A stretch of DNA of 64,000 bases, taken from assembly GCA_029941685.1 (NCBI GenBank), contig JAPYTC010000001.1, forward strand, positions 2,381-66,380. Direction: 5' to 3'. This DNA comes from Planctomycetota bacterium. GTDB taxonomy: Bacteria; Planctomycetota; UBA1135. The notes under the pieces were generated by a model, which had not been told where the DNA came from, made no database searches, and saw nothing but the letters and a program-made list of their open reading frames with translations. Positions 18,604-26,463 of this stretch are shown piece after piece. Both the position numbers and the translations under genes were made by a program. Position 1 is the stretch's first letter, and the number at the start of each line of letters is the position of its first letter.

Positions 18604-20057
18604 TAAGTTCGAGAGGCTGCGCGTTCGGCGGACAGGGCCTCGAGATGCTCAGCGGCGTCTTCTGTTGGGTAACACCCTGTAAAACAGCCAGTGCAAAATT
18701 GCTCGATGTTTTTGTTGCCCTCACGGCCACCATCTATCATGCGCTGAATATCTAGGTAGCATAATTCGTCGGCACCGATTTCGTCGCGTACTTCATTTAA
18801 GCTGCGGTTAATCGCCACAAAGTCATCTTCTGTTGCCATATCAATCCCGTAGGGGCATGGTGCAATGAGTGGCGGCGAAGTTGACGCAAAGTAAACTGCC
18901 TTAGCTCCTGATGCCCGTGCAATTTCAATAATCTTACGCGAAGTATTACCGCGAACGATCGAGTCGTCTACAAGTAAAACCACTTTGTCTTTAAACTCGA
19001 GTTGTATCGGATTTAATTTACGGCGAATAGATTTTTGACGCTCTTCTTGGTTAGGCATGATGAAGGTACGCCCAATGTAACGGTTTTTGGTGAAGCCCTC
19101 GCGGTAAGGTAAGTCAAGCTCTTCGGCGCAAGCTAAAGCAGCGTCACGCGCACTATCAGGAATCGGAATAACTACGTCTGGTGTTGGGCGACCCTCTTCT
19201 TTCCATTGCTGGGCCAAAGCCACGCCAAATCGACGACGTGATTTGTAAACACTAATCTCATCTAAAAATGAATCGGGGCGTGCGAAATAAACCAGTTCGA
19301 AAATACAAGGTGTGTGTTTTCCCTCGACGACCTGAACGAATTGCGGCTCTTCGCCTGGAATAAGGACCACCGCTTCGCCGTTGCGCAAATCGCGAACGCG
19401 TTCGAACCCGATTACGTCAAATGCTACTGACTCTGAAGCGATTGCCCACTCAACACCCTCGGCTGATTCGCGACGGCCCAACACGCATGGCTTAATACCA
19501 CTTGGATCGCGGAAGCCGAACATGACGCCTTCGGATAAAATTCCGCCGACAGAGTAGGCTCCTTTTGCGCAATCAAATGCTGCTTTAACCGCGATCGAGA
19601 TACGGTCAGCAATAGCTTCTGAGCGTAGAGTACGTTGCATACCCTGTGCAAAGGCATAAAGAATTGCTTCGACATCACAAGATGATTCCATAACAATGTT
19701 GTCGTTCGGAAACTTACTTTTTCGCAAATCAACCCAGTTGGTTAAATTGCCATTATGTGCCATCGCAATTCCGAACGGGAAGTTTATATAAAATGGTTGA
19801 GCATCTTCTTCTGCGCCCGTCCCCACTGTTGGGTAGCGTACATGACCAATCGATAAATTGCCCTTAAGTCGTTGCATGTCGCTGGTGCGAAAAATATCGC
19901 GCACCATGCCGTTTTGTTTACGCAGGTGGAACATGCCGTCAAAAGACAAAATGCCTGCGGCGTCTTGTCCGCGGTGTTGAAGGGCAATTAAGCCTTCGTA
20001 AAGTTCAGGGGCAACATCGCGCCCAGGCAAGCCAGCAATTCCGAGAAAGCCACACAT
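18603..20057 (-). CDS. purF: amidophosphoribosyltransferase
   Basis: 484 aa with the N-terminal nucleophile MCGFLGI, the PRPP loop VVLLVDDSIVRGNTS and a C-terminal Cys cluster (CTGCFTGCYP). Confidence 0.95.
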   Translation of the reverse strand: MCGFLGIAGLPGRDVAPELYEGLIALQHRGQDAAGILSFDGMFHLRKQNGMVRDIFRTSDMQRLKGNLSIGHVRYPTVGTGAEEDAQPFYINFPFGIAMAHNGNLTNWVDLRKSKFPNDNIVMESSCDVEAILYAFAQGMQRTLRSEAIADRISIAVKAAFDCAKGAYSVGGILSEGVMFGFRDPSGIKPCVLGRRESAEGVEWAIASESVAFDVIGFERVRDLRNGEAVVLIPGEEPQFVQVVEGKHTPCIFELVYFARPDSFLDEISVYKSRRRFGVALAQQWKEEGRPTPDVVIPIPDSARDAALACAEELDLPYREGFTKNRYIGRTFIMPNQEERQKSIRRKLNPIQLEFKDKVVLLVDDSIVRGNTSRKIIEIARASGAKAVYFASTSPPLIAPCPYGIDMATEDDFVAINRSLNEVRDEIGADELCYLDIQRMIDGGREGNKNIEQFCTGCFTGCYPTEDAAEHLEALSAERAASRT

Positions 20058-20079
20058 TGAGAAAACAATTGGTTAGGTG

Positions 20080-21204
20080 TTATGCGGTAATTCGCGAGTA
20101 TATTGTAATTAAATTCTCTAAGATTTGCGCGCTATCCCGGTGTAATTCGTCGTCCCAATGATACTTTTTGTCTTCACGGTCGTACAGCGGGTCATAATAG
20201 TGGTCTAGCAATACATCAACCAAGGCGTCGTGGTTTTCATTGGCTAGAAGCGCCTGCAATTCCCCCACCCATTTCGCTCCGATACGCGCTTCAAGAAACG
20301 GTAGCGCCGCGGCAATTTGTTGATTTGCATCAGGCTTCGCTAGGTAATCTTCTTGCAAGGTTTGCCGCCGATAAGGACGACTCGCCGCAATTTTCACTTG
20401 CGTTCCGCTAGTCATCTTATCAAACAACCCTTGGGGGATGACCACATCACCCACCTTGCGGCTCTCGCCTTCAATAAATGCGGGGCCATCTTTGAGTTCG
20501 AACAATCGCTGTAACAACATTGACTCAAAGCGTTTTTGACTTACCGGACACCGTCCTACTGCGCCTAATGCTGACGAGCGGTGGTTAGCCAGTGATTCTA
20601 AGCAGATCGTTGAATTGGGCACTACAGCCTCAATATCGGCAAGAAGATTGGTTTTCCCGACTCCGGTTCTACCGCGTAGTACGATGGCCGCTGGGTATGG
20701 ATAAGCATGGAGTGAATCCATCACCCACTGCCGATAACTTTTATAACCCCCCTCCAGCAGCACAGCGCGGATGCCTAGGGCTATCAATAAACTAACAAAT
20801 GACCGCGAGCGCATGCCGCCACGCCAACAATAAACCACCAATTCGGTATCGTCGGTTAGAGCTTGATTAACATCTATTGGGGTGGACTCTACTCCACCAC
20901 GCAAATTATGCGCGAGGATATCGAAGTTGCTTTTGAGTAAATCATTATCGATAGATTGCCCAAGCACCTGATTAAGTAAGTCTGGCAGGCGTTGCTCGAT
21001 TATCTTTAGGCCTTCGAGGTAAGCTTCGCCGGGGGAATGCTGTTTATAAAGTGTGCCTACCACTGCACGCTGCTCATCATCGAACAACGGTACGTTTTGA
21101 GCCCATGGTACGTGGTCTACCGCGTACTCACTTGGGCTACGAAGGTCGATCCAGCGCAGGTTTTTACGCTTTTTCAAGCTTTGGAAAGAAAAGGCAGGCA
21201 GCAA
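20080..21204 (-). CDS. selU: tRNA 2-selenouridine synthase
   Basis: 374 aa (TTG start) with the rhodanese active-site loop VVYCWRGGMRSRS and the P-loop LRGRTGVGKTNLL. The N-terminus has DLRSPSEYAVDHVPWAQNVPL..EQRAVVGTLYKQ. Confidence 0.85.
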   Translation of the reverse strand: MLPAFSFQSLKKRKNLRWIDLRSPSEYAVDHVPWAQNVPLFDDEQRAVVGTLYKQHSPGEAYLEGLKIIEQRLPDLLNQVLGQSIDNDLLKSNFDILAHNLRGGVESTPIDVNQALTDDTELVVYCWRGGMRSRSFVSLLIALGIRAVLLEGGYKSYRQWVMDSLHAYPYPAAIVLRGRTGVGKTNLLADIEAVVPNSTICLESLANHRSSALGAVGRCPVSQKRFESMLLQRLFELKDGPAFIEGESRKVGDVVIPQGLFDKMTSGTQVKIAASRPYRRQTLQEDYLAKPDANQQIAAALPFLEARIGAKWVGELQALLANENHDALVDVLLDHYYDPLYDREDKKYHWDDELHRDSAQILENLITIYSRITA

Positions 21205-21231
21205 AGGTGCCGCTACTTTAAATTATCCGCC

Positions 21232-22917
21232 ATGCAAAAGCTCATCGAATGTGTCCCGAACTTCAGCGAAGGCCGAAATTTAGAGATAATCAAGCAAATC
21301 ACCGACGAAATAACTCGGGTTGATGGCGTAACTTTACTCGATGTTGATCCGGGAGGGGCAACCAATCGCACGGTGGTCACATTCGTAGGCGAACCAGAGG
21401 CGGTTATTGAAGCTGCGGTGTTGGCGGGCCACAAGTCAAAGCAGCTCATCGATATGTCGAATCATAGCGGCGAACATCCACGATTCGGCGCCATGGACGT
21501 CTGCCCTTTAGTTCCCATTTCCGGAGTGAGTATGGATGAGACGGTCGAGTATGCACGGAAACTCGCCAAACGTTTGGGTGACGAGGTTGGTTTGAGTATT
21601 TACTGTTATGAAAACGCGGCTCTAGTAGACGAACGGCGAAATCTGGCTGTGGTCCGCGCTGGTGAGTACGAAGCACTAGCCACTCGCCTTCAAGATGAGC
21701 GTTGGGCTCCAGATTTCGGGCCGACTGATTTTCAAGCATCAACCGGCGCGACAGCAGTAAGCGCTCGCGATTTTTTGGTCGCTTACAATGTTAATTTAAA
21801 CACGACGTCCACACGACGCGCCAATGCTATTGCCTTTGATATTCGGGAAAAAGGGCGAATATTACGTAAGCCACACCCGATTACCGGTGAAATTCAGCGT
21901 GACGAGGACGGCAAAGCCATATGGTCGCCTGGAAGCCTCAAGGCAGTAAAAGGAATTGGTTGGTTTATTGAAGAGTTTGGCGTTTGTCAGGTTTCGATGA
22001 ATTTGACCAACGTGTCTATCACCTCTACCCACGTCGCTTTTGACGAAGTGCTCAATAAGGCTCAAGCGCGCGGTATTCGGGTAACCGGCTCCGAGCTAGT
22101 TGGCCTCATCCCCTTACAAGCCATGCTCGATGCTGGTCGCTACTTTTTAAAGAAACAGTCGCGCTCAACAGGTATTGCCGATGCCGAGCTAATCAAGATC
22201 GCGGTTAAGTCTATGGGGCTCGACGAGCTCTACCCTTTTAAGCCCGAAGAAAAGATTATCGAATACGTCTTGGAGGCTCAAAACAAGTCTCAGCGCTTGA
22301 TTAATCTGACGCTTCGTCAATTCTCCGAGCTCACAGCTTCCGAATCTCCTGCTCCAGGGGGAGGCTCTGTTGCAGCAACCCTAGGAGCGCTAGGAGCGGC
22401 ACTTGGGACCATGGTGGCCAACTTGTCCTCACACAAAGCTGGGTGGGATGATCGATGGGAAGAATTCTCTGCTTGGGCAGAACGCGGGAAAAAATGTCAT
22501 GACGAGTTGTTGTCGCTAATTGATAAAGACACCGATGCTTTCAACCAAATCATGGCTACATGGAAGCTGCCGTCCAATACGGATAGCGAAAAGGCTGACA
22601 AAGAAACTGCAACGCAAGCTGCTGTTCTTAACGCGATTGAAGTGCCATTCAGAATTATGGAAGTCGCCGCTGAAAGCCTCGAAGTTGCAGAAGCTATGGT
22701 GAACGATGGCATCCCAGCATCACTATCTGACGCCGGAGTTGCTGCCCTTTGCGCCCGCTCTGCAGTAATGGGAGCATACCTAAATGTAAAAATAAACAGC
22801 GGTGACTTGACGGATACCTCACGCCGCAATAAATTCCTCGACGATGGCGAAGCACTCCAGCAACATAGCATTGACGTCGAACAAAAAATATTATCGTTAG
22901 TAAATGGCCTTATTTGA
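21232..22917 (+). CDS. bifunctional glutamate formimidoyltransferase / formimidoyltetrahydrofolate cyclodeaminase
   Basis: The start is set at ATG 21232 (MQKLIECVPNFSEGR, the canonical FT N-terminus). The longer ORF from 21037 would overlap selU. The C-terminal cyclodeaminase motif is SESPAPGGGSVAATLGALGAALGTMVANLS. Confidence 0.85.
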   Translation: MQKLIECVPNFSEGRNLEIIKQITDEITRVDGVTLLDVDPGGATNRTVVTFVGEPEAVIEAAVLAGHKSKQLIDMSNHSGEHPRFGAMDVCPLVPISGVSMDETVEYARKLAKRLGDEVGLSIYCYENAALVDERRNLAVVRAGEYEALATRLQDERWAPDFGPTDFQASTGATAVSARDFLVAYNVNLNTTSTRRANAIAFDIREKGRILRKPHPITGEIQRDEDGKAIWSPGSLKAVKGIGWFIEEFGVCQVSMNLTNVSITSTHVAFDEVLNKAQARGIRVTGSELVGLIPLQAMLDAGRYFLKKQSRSTGIADAELIKIAVKSMGLDELYPFKPEEKIIEYVLEAQNKSQRLINLTLRQFSELTASESPAPGGGSVAATLGALGAALGTMVANLSSHKAGWDDRWEEFSAWAERGKKCHDELLSLIDKDTDAFNQIMATWKLPSNTDSEKADKETATQAAVLNAIEVPFRIMEVAAESLEVAEAMVNDGIPASLSDAGVAALCARSAVMGAYLNVKINSGDLTDTSRRNKFLDDGEALQQHSIDVEQKILSLVNGLI

Positions 22918-23551
22918 TCAACCTAAGCAAACTCGGCTCGAAGAGTACCTCAACGGATTGACCCATGGGGCAGGGTTTTTCTTGTGCTTGATCGCCTCGC
23001 CCTATCTCATGTATCAAGCGTACTACGCTCAAACCGATTATGCTGTCATCGCATGTGCGGTTTTCTGCAGCTCAATGTTATTGATGTACGGTGCATCGAC
23101 CATCTATCATCTCACCAACTCCCCGCGGCGCAAAATGCAAATGCGTTCGCTTGACCATATTTGCATTTTCGTCCTTATCGCTGGCAGCTACACCCCTTTT
23201 GCGCTCCTTGCTTTGCCTGCAGATTGGGGAATAACTTTTTTTATCACGGCTTGGTCATTGGCGATCATCGGCATTGCTTTCAAAATCTGGTTCTTTGAGC
23301 GCTTCGAGAAAATTTCTTATCTCTTCTATTTAGCGATGGGGTGGTTGTCAATCTTCGGCTACACACCGTTAAAGCAGGCCCTTGGCGATGGTGGCATGTG
23401 GTTGCTCATTGGAGGTGGTGCCGCCTACACCATCGGAATTCTATTCTTCTTGTTAGACCAAAGAATCCGCTTCTTTCACACGTTATGGCACCTTTTCGTG
23501 GTCGCTGGCAGTGCCTTTCATTTTTTAGCCGTTTATAAATACGTTATTTAA
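22904..23551 (+). CDS. hemolysin III / PAQR-family membrane protein
   Basis: 215 aa with seven TM helices and the motifs EEYLNGLTHG, SSMLLMYGASTIYH, DHICIFVLIAGSYTP and FHTLWHLFV. Confidence 0.85.
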   Translation: MALFDQPKQTRLEEYLNGLTHGAGFFLCLIASPYLMYQAYYAQTDYAVIACAVFCSSMLLMYGASTIYHLTNSPRRKMQMRSLDHICIFVLIAGSYTPFALLALPADWGITFFITAWSLAIIGIAFKIWFFERFEKISYLFYLAMGWLSIFGYTPLKQALGDGGMWLLIGGGAAYTIGILFFLLDQRIRFFHTLWHLFVVAGSAFHFLAVYKYVI

Positions 23552-23910
23552 GTCAGTAGACGCTCTATCTCTGCCATGAGCTCACGTGGCGCAACAGGCT
23601 TCTTGAATATCGATGCGCCAAGTTTTTCGGCGAGCTCAAGATAAGACTCAGCGCGATTCGCACCACCACCCGACATTGCAATAATCGGCATCGACGGATA
23701 ATCGCGCCGCGCCACCATGATGTTTTCAATGCCTTCGCTGTTGGGCATGATTAAATCGGTAAGCATTAAGTCAAACTGCTGCTCAGCAAGGGCTGCTGCT
23801 GCTTGCGCACCATCACCAACAGCAACCACTACATGCCCGATATGCTCGAGTAAACGCTGTAAGGTATCGCGAATATCTGCATCGTCTTCGGCAAGTAAAA
23901 GGAGTGCCAT
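23548..23910 (-). CDS. stand-alone CheY-like response-regulator receiver
   Basis: The start is set at ATG 23910 (MALLLLAEDDADIRDTL), giving 120 aa. The phospho-acceptor context is DLMLTDLIMP, followed by MPIIAMSGGG and KKP. The longer ORF would overlap the divergent kinase gene. Confidence 0.85.
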   Translation of the reverse strand: MALLLLAEDDADIRDTLQRLLEHIGHVVVAVGDGAQAAAALAEQQFDLMLTDLIMPNSEGIENIMVARRDYPSMPIIAMSGGGANRAESYLELAEKLGASIFKKPVAPRELMAEIERLLT

Positions 23911-23942
23911 GTTTTTATTATAGTTAAGTCGCCTTTCCAACC

Positions 23943-26453
23943 ATGACGCCCACCACCAACAATGATTCTGTTGAGCCCAAGTTGCCCGACAATTTCTCAG
24001 AGCTTTTTCTAGACGCTGAGCTAGAGCTTCTTGGTCGCCAAATGCGTGCCGGACTACCGATTGGCATTGTCTTGTATTTATGTTTTTCTGCACTCGACTG
24101 GCTGGTCGCTCCAGAATTATTTAATACTTTTTTATCCTTACGCCTGGTAGCAATTGTTTTCCCGCTGGCGATGATACCGTTGTCCAAATCTGAATTCGGA
24201 CGGCTCAAAATTCGCGGTCTGGCGCTAATGACTTTATTGCTTGGTGCTTGTTCCATGGTATTGATGTGTTTTTTACTTGGAGGTTTCGCAAGCAACTACT
24301 TCGTGGGTTTGATTCTTATGATGTTTTTCGTTGGCCTGTTTCTACCATGGGGCATTCGCAACAACATTATTTTTTTGGGTTTGACTAACGCCGCGTACTT
24401 CGCAAGTAGTATTTACCGTAGCGACGGATTTGTCGGTGCTGAAATGCCCATAGCCTTCATGCTTGGCTCGACAGTGCTTACTCACCTGGCTGCCAATATG
24501 ATGGAGCGGTCTCGACATCGGGCATTCGCGATGCACTTGCAGCTCGAACAGGCGAATAATGACTTACAAGAGCTCGACCGCGCCAAGTCACGGTTCTTTT
24601 CGAACATCAATCACGAGTTGCGCACTCCATTGATGTTAATCATGGGGCCTCTCGAATCAATGATTCGTGGCGACAAGGTTAATCAACAACGCATGTTTAA
24701 ATCAATGAACGCCAATGCACGACGGTTGTTGCGCCAGGTAAACTCAATCCTGACTTTATCCAAGCTTGATGCCGACAAACTCGAGTGCCGTCGCGAACTT
24801 TTTTCCTTGCACACAATCATTGAGGAGCTAGTCCTCAGCGCACAGCCCTTTGCTGAACAGCGAGGCATCAACTTACACCACCAAGGTGTCGCCGATCTTC
24901 CGAGCTTACCTCTCGACCCTGAACAAATAGAAACCGTTTTTGCCAACCTCGTTTCCAATGCATTGAAGTTTTCCGAAGATGGTGGTGAAATAATAGTTGA
25001 GGGCTCATTAGAACGTAATCACTTGTGCATAACCGTTAAAGACCAGGGCCGCGGCATCGAAGCCGCGCAGCTGCCGTATATTTTCGATCGCTTTCACCAA
25101 GCACCTGAGAAACTGGGTGGTAAAACCCAAGGCACGGGCCTGGGCTTAGCTTTAGCAAAAGACCTAGTCGAAATGCATGGCGGCAGCATTAGTGCTATTA
25201 GTGAAATAAACATAGGGACTACTTTCACCATTCACTTGCCAACCCTTGAAGCGAGTGATTGGGATTCTCAACAAGAACCCGCGTCTACTTCTACCGCCGC
25301 GGGTTCGAACATGGGTTATATGGCTCTCCCTGAATTGCCAGACAATGCGCCACTCGAGCCTGCTCCGGAAAACGCGCCGCGAATTTTAATTGTTGAAGAC
25401 AACCCTGACATGCGTAACTTTTTGGCAACCGCACTCGCTTCGAAATACAACGTGCTCACCGCCGAAGATGGTAAATTGGGTTTATTGGCCGCGCGTCGCG
25501 AACACCCGGACGTTATTTTGTCCGACGTACAAATGCCGGTCATGGGCGGCTTCGCAATGTTGGCTGAATTAAGAAAAGACCATAGCTTCGACCGCACTCC
25601 CGTGTTGATGCTCACCGCTCACTCTGAATCATCGGCGATGGTTGAAAGCTTAGAGCTTGGCGCAGTCGATTATATTCATAAGCCATTTAAGTTGACCGAA
25701 ATTGAAGCGCGGATTGCTGCCCACTTACGCACCATTTCTATGCTTGAGGAGATAGACGAACGTGATTCTCGATTGGTTGCTGTTGGTCAAATAGCAAGCA
25801 CTCTAGCACATGATATGCGTGGTCCGTTAACGTCAATTATTAATCGTGCTGAACTGTTGCGCATCATGACAGAGGGTGGTGAGAAAGACGAATTGGTTGA
25901 TCAAGAAATCGCTGCGATCGAGCAGTCAGTACGCAGGGTAAATTCCATGATTCAAGAATTGCTTGAATTCGTTAGTGGGCGCGAGGTGGTACTTGAACAA
26001 TCCGTAACGGTCGTTGAAGACTTAATGGCGCCGGTGGCCGCCGAATCGCAAATGGCTCTGCAGCATTCAGGGATTGAGTGGTCGTTTTTAATGCAAGGCG
26101 GTGAAAATAAATTACTTGTTGACCGCCATCGTTTTTCCAGAATCATTGAGAACATTATTAATAATGCGCGGGACGCTCTACTTAGTTCAAACACCGCGTC
26201 GCCGAAGGTTAGTTTGCACGTGTCAACAGATGAATCACATTTGATTTTATCTATCAGTGACAACGGCCCCGGTATCCCACAAGATGTCGCAAATTCATTA
26301 TTTCAACCATACGCCACCGCCGGCAAAGCGCAAGGACACGGTCTCGGCTTAGCGATTGTGCGAAACCTAGTAACTGCAAACGGAGGCTCGGTCAGCCTCG
26401 ACTCAACGGTTGAGTGCGGCTCATCGTTTATTATAAAACTACCTTTGCTATAG
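23943..26453 (+). CDS. membrane hybrid sensor kinase with HK-REC-HK architecture
   Basis: 836 aa with about 6 N-terminal TM helices. The first kinase core has H-box FFSNINHELRTPL, N/G boxes NLVSNALKF, DQGRGI and GTGLGLALA. The receiver is ILIVEDNPDMR...VILSDVQMP...KPF. The second kinase core has H-box STLAHDMRGPLTSI, then NIINNARDAL, DNGPGIP and GHGLGLAIV. Confidence 0.9.
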   Translation: MTPTTNNDSVEPKLPDNFSELFLDAELELLGRQMRAGLPIGIVLYLCFSALDWLVAPELFNTFLSLRLVAIVFPLAMIPLSKSEFGRLKIRGLALMTLLLGACSMVLMCFLLGGFASNYFVGLILMMFFVGLFLPWGIRNNIIFLGLTNAAYFASSIYRSDGFVGAEMPIAFMLGSTVLTHLAANMMERSRHRAFAMHLQLEQANNDLQELDRAKSRFFSNINHELRTPLMLIMGPLESMIRGDKVNQQRMFKSMNANARRLLRQVNSILTLSKLDADKLECRRELFSLHTIIEELVLSAQPFAEQRGINLHHQGVADLPSLPLDPEQIETVFANLVSNALKFSEDGGEIIVEGSLERNHLCITVKDQGRGIEAAQLPYIFDRFHQAPEKLGGKTQGTGLGLALAKDLVEMHGGSISAISEINIGTTFTIHLPTLEASDWDSQQEPASTSTAAGSNMGYMALPELPDNAPLEPAPENAPRILIVEDNPDMRNFLATALASKYNVLTAEDGKLGLLAARREHPDVILSDVQMPVMGGFAMLAELRKDHSFDRTPVLMLTAHSESSAMVESLELGAVDYIHKPFKLTEIEARIAAHLRTISMLEEIDERDSRLVAVGQIASTLAHDMRGPLTSIINRAELLRIMTEGGEKDELVDQEIAAIEQSVRRVNSMIQELLEFVSGREVVLEQSVTVVEDLMAPVAAESQMALQHSGIEWSFLMQGGENKLLVDRHRFSRIIENIINNARDALLSSNTASPKVSLHVSTDESHLILSISDNGPGIPQDVANSLFQPYATAGKAQGHGLGLAIVRNLVTANGGSVSLDSTVECGSSFIIKLPLL

Positions 26454-26463
26454 CCCTAGCTAG

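Noticed and set aside
21037-21231. A 65-codon N-terminal extension of the formiminotransferase ORF.
   Set aside because: It overlaps the 5' part of selU on the opposite strand. The canonical family N-terminus (MQKLIECVPNFSEGR) begins at ATG 21232.
23911-24093. A 61-codon upstream extension of the receiver ORF.
   Set aside because: It would run antisense through the start of the sensor-kinase gene. The receiver fold begins at MALLLLAEDD (ATG 23910).
25302-25310. A GGTTCGAAC tRNA T-loop-like string.
   Set aside because: It lies inside the sensor-kinase reading frame (…AAGSNMG…). No acceptor or anticodon stems can be drawn around it.
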